Below, piece by piece: positions 44,002-54,424 of a stretch of DNA of 64,000 nt (its first letter is position 1; every line of letters begins with the position of its first letter). The notes beneath the pieces are model-generated. The model had not been told where the DNA came from, did not search any database, and saw nothing but the letters and a program-made list of their open reading frames with translations. Where the stretch lies: positions 42,718,001 through 42,782,000 of the forward strand of contig NC_088859.1 in NCBI RefSeq assembly GCF_963853765.1, written 5' to 3'. The position numbers and the translations under genes were made by a program. This stretch comes from Magallana gigas (lineage: Eukaryota).

Positions 44002-47000
44002 TGAAATAATTCTCCTAGCTGATCAAATATTTTGTTACAAACCAAAATTTTAATAATTTGGCACCATTGATAGAGCTGCATGTTTGGGTAGAAATACCTA
44101 TTAATAAGCAATTGGGAAAGTAACCAGATTTTTTTTTTGTTCACACTTACATGATGCATGCGCTTTGCAAAAAAAAAAAAAACTTTGTACATGAAATATT
44201 TTTACCTTTGAAAAGAGACTGAATCTGCAGGTGTAAATGTATAGGTGATAGTTTATATTAACTTTTTCTGATGATTTGTATGTATTCAAAATTATTATAG
44301 ACTTTGTAATGGCCAAAACATTGGACAAAGCAGCTTTATAACTGCAATTTACACCTTGGTTTGGTTCCTACATAGTTTTAAAGATTATCCCTTGCATTTC
44401 AGAATGTGAAGATTAATCTTCCTTCCTCAGTATTTGCCACTGATCTGGAGAAGGGTGTGGGACTTCTGAATGAAGCAGTGCCTATCAGAGGTGTGTGCAT
44501 TTGTAATAAAAGGCACAGAAAAGCTTTACCCTGATTCACTTGCTTACTTGACATGCTAGGAAGGTTTTCTTCCTTTTATAAGCATGGTTATTGGATATTT
44601 ATGTTGATAATTCCAATGTAAAATAATAAAAAATATTGTGAAATGTGAATAAAGCAGTCACTGTACCAAAACAAAATTGTTACATACATGTAAATAGGGA
44701 AACAATGAACCAAGTTTTCCACTGCACTCTGTCTTTGTTTTTAGTTTTGTTTGATACTAAGGTTATTGAATTGTTTTTTACAGGCCCCAGACCTGATTGG
44801 GATCCGGATATTGTGGCGGCCCTGGATGATGATTTTGACTACAATGACCCAGAAAACCAGCTGGAGGATGACTTCATATCAATGGCAAACACAGGAGATG
44901 GTCCTAGATTCGAGGAGGGATATGAGTAAGATTTTAATACTGCAAACATTAGTATACATGTCAGTAATGTTAAATGAAAAGCAAGAAAAGTTTTTATGTA
45001 TTTAATGAATATTTTTGAATTGCTCTCTTTTCTGATCATGACGGATGGTTCAAGTTATACTGTTTTTTGGTACAGAGGAAATGGATCTGATGATGGTTTT
45101 GACTCTGATGAATGTGAATTTTCTGATGATGACTTTGGAAGTGATGACAGAGAAAAGATGTTTATGGATGAAGAAACAAAGTCCCGGTTCACTAATTATT
45201 CAATGTCGTCCTCAGTAATTAAGAGAAATGATGGACTTACTCTTCTAGATGATAGATTTGAAAAGGTTTGTGATTATATTTAAAATCATTTCTAATTTTC
45301 AAAATGATATACAGTTTTTAGGCAGATATAGAAAAAGTTATAAATATTTATTTTTTTTAAGCCAAATCATTTTCCATTTTATTTCCTAAATGATATGTGC
45401 CTAATTGAAAGTCCCACACATAAGGGATTCAGTAATTGTGTGTATCAAATTTTAGTAAAGCACATTGTGATTTAAAAGTTAACCTTTTTTTAATCAAACC
45501 AAAATATTTTCTTGGTGTTGTTTTATCTCATTGACACAGAATATTGTAAAAACTTTATGTTGATGCTTTAGTCTTTGTATTTTTAAAGCCATTTTCCCAC
45601 TGCTCAGTTCTAAAAATAGCCATTCTTAATAGTTTTCCACATCACATTTATCAAGGGCAACAACTGTAATTCTAGAATCTCAGACTTGGAATGGTTCATA
45701 TATGGGAGGAGTATAGAAATTCTTGTATTGCATTTTATACAGGCAATATTTAACAGCCTTTATAAACTATCAATTATATGTCTGAGGTTATGGACTTGTT
45801 TGGTTTCAGCTTTATGAGCAATATGAGGACACAGAAATAGGTGCTCTAGATAATGAAGATGTCGATGGTTACGTCGGACAAGGCAGCCACATGCTGGACA
45901 CAATATTGGAAGATTTTGAAAAACAACAAGAGAATAAGTGAGCTCACCGAATATAATAAAATGTGTATCGCTAACACAGAATAAATAGGGATTAGTTATG
46001 AAAAGTGATTTCATACATGTAAATATTAAGCGTTGATTAAAGAGCAAGTATTTGTTTATGAAAATGAGAATATGTTTCTCTTTGTCTTTGGATCATACTA
46101 AGGAGATGCATGTTTAAAGCAAACTATGCAGTAAGGTTTTGGTATAATTTTCATCTGCAGTCGTAGAACCTTGCATGCTGTGATGGATGATGAACGACCT
46201 GACGACCTTGGGATTGAGGTCAAAAGTGATGAGGAGTCTGACAGTGGGGGTGACCTTGTACCCATGGTGATAGAGAAGCCTAAGGAGAAATGGGACTGTG
46301 AATCCATTTTAAGTATGCTAGAGAGGAAGATAAAGTCCTCGTGTCTGTTAATTTGTGTGATTTGAAAATTACTCTAAATCATGTTTTATTTCTTTTGCAG
46401 GTACATATTCAAATCTTTATAACCACCCCAAGTTAATAGAGGAACCAGGAAAAGTATGTTCAGCTTTATTATATAGAATTTTTTTAGTTTTAAGAGTTTT
46501 AACAAGTATGAAGGTGATATAGGACACCTTTAGACATAAATGCAAATACATCATGTTCAAAATTTAGTAAGTGTTTTAAAATTTTGACTTTTACAATTCA
46601 TTACAATTCTTTCAAGCATTAATTGCACTGTGAAATTTATATACCTCTTATTGGAATATTTGCAAAAACCTAGTCAACTTTGAACTCATGATGTACAGAT
46701 CTGCAGTATATTAAATGTTGCTGTTTATTTGGAAAGAAAGTATATGTACATCATAATATGGAGATGTCCCATACCTCTTTTAATATAAAGATTCTGCTTT
46801 GGATGACTGAAATTTAATTTGTGCCCCAAAGAGTAATGTTTTCAGTGATTCAGTGAAATTCATTAGATGTGATTTTACAGGATAAAATCAAATTGACATC
46901 TCGGCTGATGATTCCAGAGGGAGTGTTAGAACAGCCAGGATTAACGCGGAAACAGATTGAACAGGAAATGAGGGAGAGTAGGCGGGCTGACAAAGCCAGT

Positions 47001-47745
47001 ACGTACCGGCCGAAAAATGAGACAGCAGAGGAACGGAAACAGAGGAAGCAGGCCACCAAGCAGGAGAGAAAGGTACGTTGATGTATGGTCTTAAATTGAA
47101 ATATTTACATTTTCCAGTGTCTTTGCCTTTGATAACACTATGTATCGATTTTGTACTATAAAACCCATAACTTCAAATGACGTATAATTGAGGCGCCAGC
47201 GGGATTTGCTTATTTATATTTAAATATTTAATTGAACAATGGCATAAAAGTATATTAATATGAGTAATAAGGAATCATTCTTTGAGTATTATGAGGTGAT
47301 AATTTCGGTCAGGGTGTGATCAAATCTATCATAAAGCCCTTTGGGCTTTATTGGATTTGATCACACCCCGACCGAAATTATCACCTCATGATACTCAAAG
47401 AATGATTCCTTATTCCTTTAATAAGATAGTTGATAAGGTAGATGTTAAGGTAGTTGTATACAGAGACACCAAATTAGTCTTATATTAGACAGAAAAAGTG
47501 ATGTACATCTATCAAAAACATAAAAAAATAAAGGTGAATCAGTGACTGGGATCTGTTCTAGAGATATAATATCTAGCTTAAAGTTTAAAATTTTGATCCT
47601 GATTGACAAAAGAGGATATTTGTATTCAAAGGAAAGAAGAGTGGAGAAAAAGGCCAACAAAGAAGCATTTAGTGCAGAGAAAGTTCGACAAACAAAAGAG
47701 CAGCTCAACCTACAGACAAACTTACAGGGTCTTAAGTTATCATGA
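40430..47745 (+). CDS. LTV1: Ribosome biogenesis (40S) factor LTV1, multi-exon; first coding exon contributes only the ATG
   Basis: ACAACAATG|GTAAAT...CCAG|PGKKKKFIDKKSAVTFHLVHRSQRDPL; YGIFFDDEYDYLQHLKD; ETKSRFTNYSMSSSVIKRN; KWDCESILS; C-terminal ERRVEKKANKEAF..EK...LKLS*. Confidence 0.95.
41361..44000 (+). mobile_element. Helentron-derived HINE carrying a tandem 166-bp satellite array, in an LTV1 intron
   Basis: 5' TTTTAGCTCACCTGAACCGAAGGTTCAAGTGAGC plus (GTCC/GTCT)n; 3' GGTGAGCGATGTGGCCCATGGGCCTCTTGTTTT; T-rich insertion site. Confidence 0.88.
41631..43700 (+). repeat. About 13 copies of a ~166-bp satellite (Cg170/HindIII-like)
   Basis: AAAATCTTCTTCTC recurs at 41631, 41797, about 41963 and onward; AAGCTT (HindIII) in the first units. 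Confidence 0.9.
47262..47420. repeat. About 150-bp palindrome (copy 2, inverted relative to 37405) in an LTV1 intron
   Basis: Same arms as 37405-37560; the flanking GGCGCCAGCGGG block is the reverse complement of 37617-37630. Confidence 0.85.
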
Positions 47746-48611
47746 TACCAAGACTGGAGAAGCTTGAACTAGCAAAGTCAAAGTCTGGGTCAGGTGGCAG
47801 CTGTGCCCATCTATTATGGTCAGTCTCAACAAGTGAACACCGAAAAGGACTTGTCTGGATGTGCAAGTTTTTCCACTGTGTTGTCAAGATATGTTGACTA
47901 TTAGTGACTAGGAATGGACATATTAGGAAGTTACTGCTTCCCAGCTTTATTGTTTTTGATGATGTTTATGAAAATTGTGGACTTTTAGCAAGATATAAAA
48001 AGAATTTTTGAGTTATGAATATACATGTATATTTATATTTTCCATCTGTTATTATATTAAATGTCATCCATATGTTTTCTTAATCTTTGTCTTTCTTTGT
48101 CAATAATTGTCCCTTCTGTTTTGTTGTGGGAGTAAGATACATTTACTTACTGTAAACCAATTAATTAGCTTTATGGGTATTTGTTATCTGTTGACATATT
48201 CTGTGATTAAGAATCAGAATTCAAATGCTGTGTTCAGAAGAAAATGTGGGGTGCAATATATATTTCCTGTAAAAGAATACCAGTAGAATTGGTGGTTTAA
48301 GGTTTGCATTGATCAAGTGAAGTAAGTCTGTTAATAAAAAAGAGGAAAGAATGCAGTTGGTATGTATACATCAAGTCCAGCAGGTACGAATTATCGATTT
48401 TGCCCATCAGCATATACGACAGAAGGAACAGCCGATTCTCCCATTTATGTGTAAAAGTTACCAGGGTTATTAAAACTACTTGGATGAATGAGGTCAGCCC
48501 ATGCAAGTTCGTGGAGTCCGTGCTCTCAATGATGCTTAGTTTTGATTCACCATGAAACAGTCCATGCAAAGTCAAGAACAAAAGAGACACCAATGAATGT
48601 TATTATGCTTT

Positions 48612-49275
48612 CATGTTAAATACTAAAATCTGATTGGTTTAGACGCAGTTGATAATCTGTTCTATTACCCTCAGCGTTAGCAACAAACTTAGCTACGGGT
48701 AACAATATATAAATAATAGTGCCTGTTTGGGAGGGTAACAGTTGAAATTGACACCCCGAGAAAACCATTGTCAACCGACGCGAAGCGGAGGTTGACAATG
48801 GTTTTCGAGGGGTGTCAATTTCAACTGTTATCCTCCCAAACAGGCACTATTTATTTTGTTATACTGAATGTCTTAATTTTTAAGAAAATTTTACTGCTTT
48901 TATATAGGAATAACGTGAATTCTACAGCGAACCGTACGCGCATAATTTTCGCGCATGTAACATTTTTTAATGTTACCCGTTGCTAAGTGCGTTGCTAACG
49001 CTGAGGGTAATAGAAAGGATTAAGAACTGCGTCTTAACCAATCAGATTTCAGTATTTAACATGAAAGTATAACAAAACGAATTGTTACATGTGCGTAAAT
49101 TATGCGTGTACGGTTCGCCGTAGAATTCACGTCATTTCTATATAAAAGCAGTAAAAGATTTCTAAAATTAAGACATTCAGTATAATAAAATGAATAGTTC
49201 CTGTTTGGGAGGATAACGTTGAAATTGACACCTGCTTGTCAATTTCAATTTCAAAACAGGCACTATTTATATAAT
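48612..49275. mobile_element. Non-autonomous element with TIRs and central long hairpin (Crypton-like by resemblance only), plus an adjacent inverted partial copy
   Basis: TIR CATGTTAAATACTAAAATCTGATTGGTT / AACCAATCAGATTTCAGTATTTAACATG (48612, 49063); hairpin of about 70-bp arms centred on CGACGCGAAGCGGAGG; 49064-49275 is the reverse complement of the interior. Confidence 0.7.
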
Positions 49276-50130
49276 GTAGAAGTTATTCAACATAGTTTTG
49301 AATTTCAGTTTTTATTAGATTAGCTAAACAATGCGTTTGAAAGCAGTTAGAAAGTGTTAAAGGAATGCCCTTATTCACACGCAGTCATGTCCGTTTACTG
49401 GATCGTGTAGATTTCAGGTAGGTTTTTCAGATTCTGTATTGACTACAGTACTGTATCGGCATTCTCAAGAAAAGAGGAGAAAAAACAACATGTATGTAAT
49501 ATTAGATTTAAGTTTTCAGTTGACCAATTACTATTTTTTAATCTTCAGTCATGTAAAGCAATTTTATAATAATCGCACTGTTGAGCACCTGGCGATAAAG
49601 TCGTGCCTTGAGAGAATATAAGTGCTGAATGGGGATTTTGCTTATCTTTATAATGCTAATATGGGTACGGAAAGGTGGCACTATACACACACTGTACATG
49701 AAAAAGATATTGCTGTTTACCATCCTTACTGTACATTCTGAATGTAATATCAAGACACAATGTTCAGGGCATTGACTTTCCGACTAAACATGAGACATCA
49801 AATTGTTTACTGACATCTTACAACAAATGTCTTCTTCCATCACGCATTGCCAAGTGTTCAGATGAAAGTTTAATACCATTCCATGGTACTGCTATTTAAC
49901 ACGTCAGAGAAAACTCTGTATAACAAAAGCACACAAACATGTTCTAGAATTTTCACTGCTGCATGCACATTTTATTCGTTATGTTCTCCTTCGTTTCACT
50001 CATCCGAACATAAAGTATTTCTATTCTAAGTATTTTATAAATAACAACAACACAGGTGTTAGAGTGAGTGAGCTATCAACCAGTTCGACACCAAAGGTAT
50101 ACTAATTATGCAATTAAGAAATTAAAGATA

Positions 50131-51081
50131 TCATAATCCAAGATTCAAAGTAACAGATAACTTTTCATTAATACTGTCCAAAACATATCCATCTTTTGCA
50201 TTTTCTGAACGCCATCTACCATGTACTTTAAAGAGTCTGTCTGGAACATTATTATTAGCTGCTGCTGTAGCTCCCCCACTTCTCAAACTATGCAAACCAT
50301 ATTCTTTGAAATCAACTCCAACAGTTTTAAGAGCATCTAACAAAAGTTCTCTCGCTCTAGTATATGTCAAAGGCTTGTTTATTTTACTCAACCTGTAAAC
50401 ATTTTCTTTCTTAAAAAATGTGACTGCTCTGAAAATAAATTCTTCAGACTGAAACACAAGACCAGTGTACGATATATATTTTTCAAGATAACTAACAGGA
50501 CATAGTTTATTTCCTGTTTTAGCTATAACGACTATGTTACCTTGTCTAAACACATCTGTTTTACTTTTTTCAATTTTGATTTCAATATGTGAACCAGATT
50601 GATGAAACTTAATATCACACATCTTAATATGTACAAGTTCATCGTACCTCAGAAAACCAGCATAACCCACTAGTACCATGCAAACAAGTCTGGAGTGATA
50701 CAAATTTTCAACCTGAGAAAACTTATCCATAATTTTTTCTAAAATTTCTGGTGTAATAGGTTTCTTCTTAACTATAGGTTTGGACCTTAATCTTTTTCCG
50801 CCTTCTAAAATTAAATTCACTAGACTGTTATCGCACGGATTGTTACACAGGTTTATGCAATGAGTCCATTGAATACTATAGTATGCTGCATCAATAACCG
50901 CTGCTGAAGAATTGATCTGTATCAAATAAGATAAATAAACTGCGACTGTAGAGGGTGAAGCAGGTAAATCCTGAAAATCAAATGTTTTACACCAAGCCTT
51001 GAATTTCAGGAAATAAGTTCTATACTTTTTATAGGTATTTTCAGATCTGCTGTTCAGTACTATATTACCCATTCCCAACAC
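50131..51081 (-). CDS. Tyrosine recombinase (phage-integrase family) of the retroelement
   Basis: N-terminal core-binding helices (NTYKKY...F..W), GFLRYDEL (R), KSKTD (K), HSLRSGGA (HxxR), HGRW, KDGY (Y): catalytic set intact. Confidence 0.95.
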   Translation of the reverse strand: MLGMGNIVLNSRSENTYKKYRTYFLKFKAWCKTFDFQDLPASPSTVAVYLSYLIQINSSAAVIDAAYYSIQWTHCINLCNNPCDNSLVNLILEGGKRLRSKPIVKKKPITPEILEKIMDKFSQVENLYHSRLVCMVLVGYAGFLRYDELVHIKMCDIKFHQSGSHIEIKIEKSKTDVFRQGNIVVIAKTGNKLCPVSYLEKYISYTGLVFQSEEFIFRAVTFFKKENVYRLSKINKPLTYTRARELLLDALKTVGVDFKEYGLHSLRSGGATAAANNNVPDRLFKVHGRWRSENAKDGYVLDSINEKLSVTLNLGL

Positions 51082-51207
51082 TGTTTCCTTTAGTCTTGGA
51101 TCTTGAATCTCTCTAATTTCTTTCCAATGTGAGAATGTACATGCAAGCTGAAAATATAAATAATTAAATAATGTTTAAGACATAAAACTATCATAATACA
51201 CACTACA

Positions 51208-51475
51208 ATGCCCAATTAAGGCCAAAAAAGAAAAATGCCCAATCTAGGCTGAATTAAACATAATGCCCCATCAAGGCTATATCAAACACAATGCCCAATC
51301 AAGGCTAAATCAATCATGTATATGCCCCATCAAGGCTATTAAGTCAATATGCCCCATAAAGGCTAAATCAAACACAATGCCCCATCAAGGCTAAACAATT
51401 CATATGCGCCCCATCAAGGCTAAACAGTTCATATGCCTCATCAAGGCTAAATTAGTCATATTGCCCAATCAAGGC
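51208..51475 (-). repeat. Ten 16-bp ATGCCCMATCAAGGCT repeats with 11-15-bp variable spacers between pol and YR
   Basis: Units start at 51208, 51235, 51263, 51291, 51322, 51349, 51377, 51404, 51433, 51460. Confidence 0.9.
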
Positions 51476-51514
51476 ATAATATTATAAAATAAGGAATACC
51501 AAAGCAAAAACTTT

Positions 51515-53806
51515 TCAGAAATCTGTACAATCGATACGAAGTATCAACACGTTACTTTGAAATTGTGGTTCAGCAAATACGCTCTCTTCATGAGACCCTT
51601 TCTGAAAAAACATATGAGGCTTATAATATTCCACCCATTCTTTAACAAAATCTTGAAATTTTCCAGAAATTGGTTTAACCAAAATAGGCCAAAATGTTGC
51701 TGTCGGCCACTTTGGAACAATAAGAGTCCCTCTTGCTTTGCACAATTTCAAATGATTAATCGTTCTTGCAATCAAATTAATTGGAGGTACAATCCAATTA
51801 TTACCAACTGACCAGTCAAACCCAAAAGCATCTACTCCTGCTGTATTTGGATTCCAAAATCTGGAATAAAATTTTTCCAATTTATTGTTATTACAATCTG
51901 CAAATAAATCATACTCATAAGGACCCCATTTCCTATTAAACAATTCAAAAATATGATCACCCACTGACCAGTCATCAAAATCAAAAATCTTACTGTAAGC
52001 ATCGGCAATTTCATTCTCATATCTTGGAATCCATTCTGTCTCTAATCTAATTTTGTTCTGCAAACAAACAGTAAAGATTGACAGTGCTAAATTTTGTAAT
52101 TCTTTGTTCATACTGCCTTTCCCTACAATTCTTACAACATTTTGGTTATCTGTGTACAACTTAACTAACCTATTACTCAACATATTCTTAAGACTTTCTA
52201 ATGTAATTTGTACAGCTTTAAGTTCTCTCCATGTAGAACTTTGACACCTCTGCTCAGGTGTCCACATGTAATGAACTACAGAATTAAAAGTTCTAACAGA
52301 ATAACCTGCTCCTGCCGTGTTGCTTGCATCTGTATATAAAATCTGCTCAGGAGGATTATCACTTACAAAATGACACACTCTGGCTAGAAATCTACAATTG
52401 TTTAACCAAAACATAATTTCTTGAAGTATATTATCATTGAATAAGATAAGCTGATCCCAAGATAAACATTCTGCTATAGCTATGTGCATGTATCTAGACA
52501 TAATATAACAAATATTACCAAGGCTAAATGAAAATGAAACAATTTTCCCCGTAACTTTAGCCAACTGTCTTGCTGTAACAGAATTTTTGTTATGAGCAAC
52601 AAATTTAATATCTTCCTGAAATTTTAAATATTTTTCGTCTGGTACTGCAAGAGTTCCATAGTTTGTATTCCATACAAAACCTAACCACTTAATAACTTGC
52701 TTAGGTTTAAAATCACTCTTTTCTTTATTCACTACAAAACCTGCACAATGCAAGTCTTTTTCAACTTCCATAGCAACCTTTACACAGGTAGCATAATCTT
52801 CAGCTATACCCCATCCGTCATCTAAATAAACAATACATTTAAATCCTTTACATCTCCAAAATTTGACCAAAGGTCTGAGTAACTTTGTAAATAAATATGG
52901 AGCACTTGATAATCCAAAAGGTAAACATGTAAAAATAAAATATCTGGTTTTGTTTTCAAACTTCCATGAAAATCCTAGATACTTTTGATGTAATTTATGA
53001 ATATCCACATGATGATACCCAGACTTTAAGTCAAATTTGTACATGAATCCGTTTTTCATAACCATTTGTAATGCATGCACAATACCTTCCATTTTAAATT
53101 TTCTTTTGTCAATACATTGATTAACGTGTCTAAGGTCTAAAATCAACCTACATTTACCTTCCGAGTTAACAGCTACAGATAAAGGATTAACAACAAAAGG
53201 TTTATCTGTCTGCTCCTCAACTATTCCTGAAACTAATAACTCATTAATAGCAGACTCCACAAAATCTCTGTGCTGAAATGCAGATTTGTTATTCTTCAGC
53301 AACACTGCTATCGGCTCAGTTACAAATGGAATAAAATAACCATACCGTATAACATTCATAATAAAATCTGAAGCATGTATTTGGTTTTCCCAAAAATCTG
53401 AATGCATTTTTAAATTGCCTTTAACTTTGGAGGAAGTAGAGTTTTTAAATTCAAACACATTGTACAAAATACAGTCTCTCACCAAGTCATTGTTTGCTGC
53501 CTGATGCTGTTGCTGATGCTGTGTTTGTGAAACTGCCGTTTCCCTTTTCCGGACATTTGTTGGCCCAGTGTCCGAACTTGTTGCAGTAGAAGCAGATGTT
53601 CCTGGCTGCTGCTCCGCTACTTCCACTTGAAGATGATGCCGCCTTTCTGTACCATTGCTGAGATGAAGTGAACGGCTGATAATAGGGATATCTTCCATAC
53701 TCTGCTCTGGTGCAACTTGATCCAAAATCCTGCCCATGCGGACGAAAAAACTGTCCCGGAAGTCCCTGCGAATCTTGTCCAGAATACGAACGGTTGTTAC
53801 GCTCAT
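51515..53806 (-). CDS. Pol: reverse transcriptase + RNase H + Dam-like methyltransferase domain
   Basis: RLILDLR, DLKSGYHH, LPFGL, VYLDDG (RT); YTDAS, WRELKA, YTDNQ, ENEIADAYSK (RNase H); YDLFA...FYSRFW...GVDAF..DW....WIVPP....LIVPKWP (MT-like). Confidence 0.95.
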   Translation of the reverse strand: MSVTTVRILDKIRRDFRDSFFVRMGRILDQVAPEQSMEDIPIISRSLHLSNGTERRHHLQVEVAEQQPGTSASTATSSDTGPTNVRKRETAVSQTQHQQQHQAANNDLVRDCILYNVFEFKNSTSSKVKGNLKMHSDFWENQIHASDFIMNVIRYGYFIPFVTEPIAVLLKNNKSAFQHRDFVESAINELLVSGIVEEQTDKPFVVNPLSVAVNSEGKCRLILDLRHVNQCIDKRKFKMEGIVHALQMVMKNGFMYKFDLKSGYHHVDIHKLHQKYLGFSWKFENKTRYFIFTCLPFGLSSAPYLFTKLLRPLVKFWRCKGFKCIVYLDDGWGIAEDYATCVKVAMEVEKDLHCAGFVVNKEKSDFKPKQVIKWLGFVWNTNYGTLAVPDEKYLKFQEDIKFVAHNKNSVTARQLAKVTGKIVSFSFSLGNICYIMSRYMHIAIAECLSWDQLILFNDNILQEIMFWLNNCRFLARVCHFVSDNPPEQILYTDASNTAGAGYSVRTFNSVVHYMWTPEQRCQSSTWRELKAVQITLESLKNMLSNRLVKLYTDNQNVVRIVGKGSMNKELQNLALSIFTVCLQNKIRLETEWIPRYENEIADAYSKIFDFDDWSVGDHIFELFNRKWGPYEYDLFADCNNNKLEKFYSRFWNPNTAGVDAFGFDWSVGNNWIVPPINLIARTINHLKLCKARGTLIVPKWPTATFWPILVKPISGKFQDFVKEWVEYYKPHMFFQKGSHEESVFAEPQFQSNVLILRIDCTDF

Positions 53807-54054
53807 AAGGCTTCCTGTTGTTGTTTCTTTTCTTTGCTCTTTTTCTCCGTAGATTTTGAAGTCAAATTCAATTCGTTGACAATCTCCTGTTTCTGCCTTC
53901 TCAGCGCTCTCTCTAGCTTGTCAGAAAAGATATCCAATGCTTCTGCAGTCGTAAAATCATCCATGGAATCTTGAACGGGCCCGTGTTGTGAACCTCTAGG
54001 CGCAGCATGAAAAGCCCGCTCTTCTCCCACGTGGCTTGAACTCGTCTCAGTCAT
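53487..54054 (-). pseudogene. Gag-like ORF1, frameshifted and probably internally deleted, with a CCHC knuckle overlapping pol
   Basis: An 83-aa ORF from 54054 stops at 53803. In another frame RAKKRNNNRKPY...CFYCNKFGHWANKC (CX2CX4HX4C, 53594-53553) runs to TGA at 53487. Confidence 0.75.
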
Positions 54055-54424
54055 AAGTACGGCCAGAAAAAATCGTGTTCGAAAGGGTTGATTGCTCTTC
54101 GATGACCTGTCTATACCTGATCGGTTCTATATATACTACAGCCAAACAACTACTTGTATAACTGCGCTAAAAGAAGTAGTCCGTAAAAAATACAACTTAC
54201 AGAAATTTATTTATTAAAAAAAAATACAATTACATAACCTGATAAAACTTGTTAAAATAATGCAAATGTCTAATTTAATTATTACAAGACTATGTTTCCA
54301 ACGCAAACGCTTCTTGGAAGAATAAGCCGCCAGTAAGGACTGTCTTTATTTACATGTCACAAGTCCTCGTACCACCACCAGAGGTTGTACAGCGTGCACG
54401 TGATCGTTCTGTGACGGAAAGTGA

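Larger units (their letters stand above)
50090..54180 (-). mobile_element. Tyrosine-recombinase retrotransposon (DIRS/Ngaro-type): gag - RT/RNaseH/MT - YR
   Basis: The domain order and motifs in the three ORFs listed below. I found no second copy of the 5' terminal sequence (about 54100-54170) at the 3' side, so the ends are approximate. Confidence 0.93.

Noticed and set aside
48370-48480. VRIIDFAH motif resembling inositol polyphosphate kinases
   Set aside because: An isolated 8-residue match with a stop soon after and no other kinase motifs or credible exon structure.
51208-51475. CRISPR array
   Set aside because: Eukaryotic retroelement context, 16-bp repeats with 11-15-bp partly related spacers, no cas genes or leader. 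Kept as a hairpin array instead.
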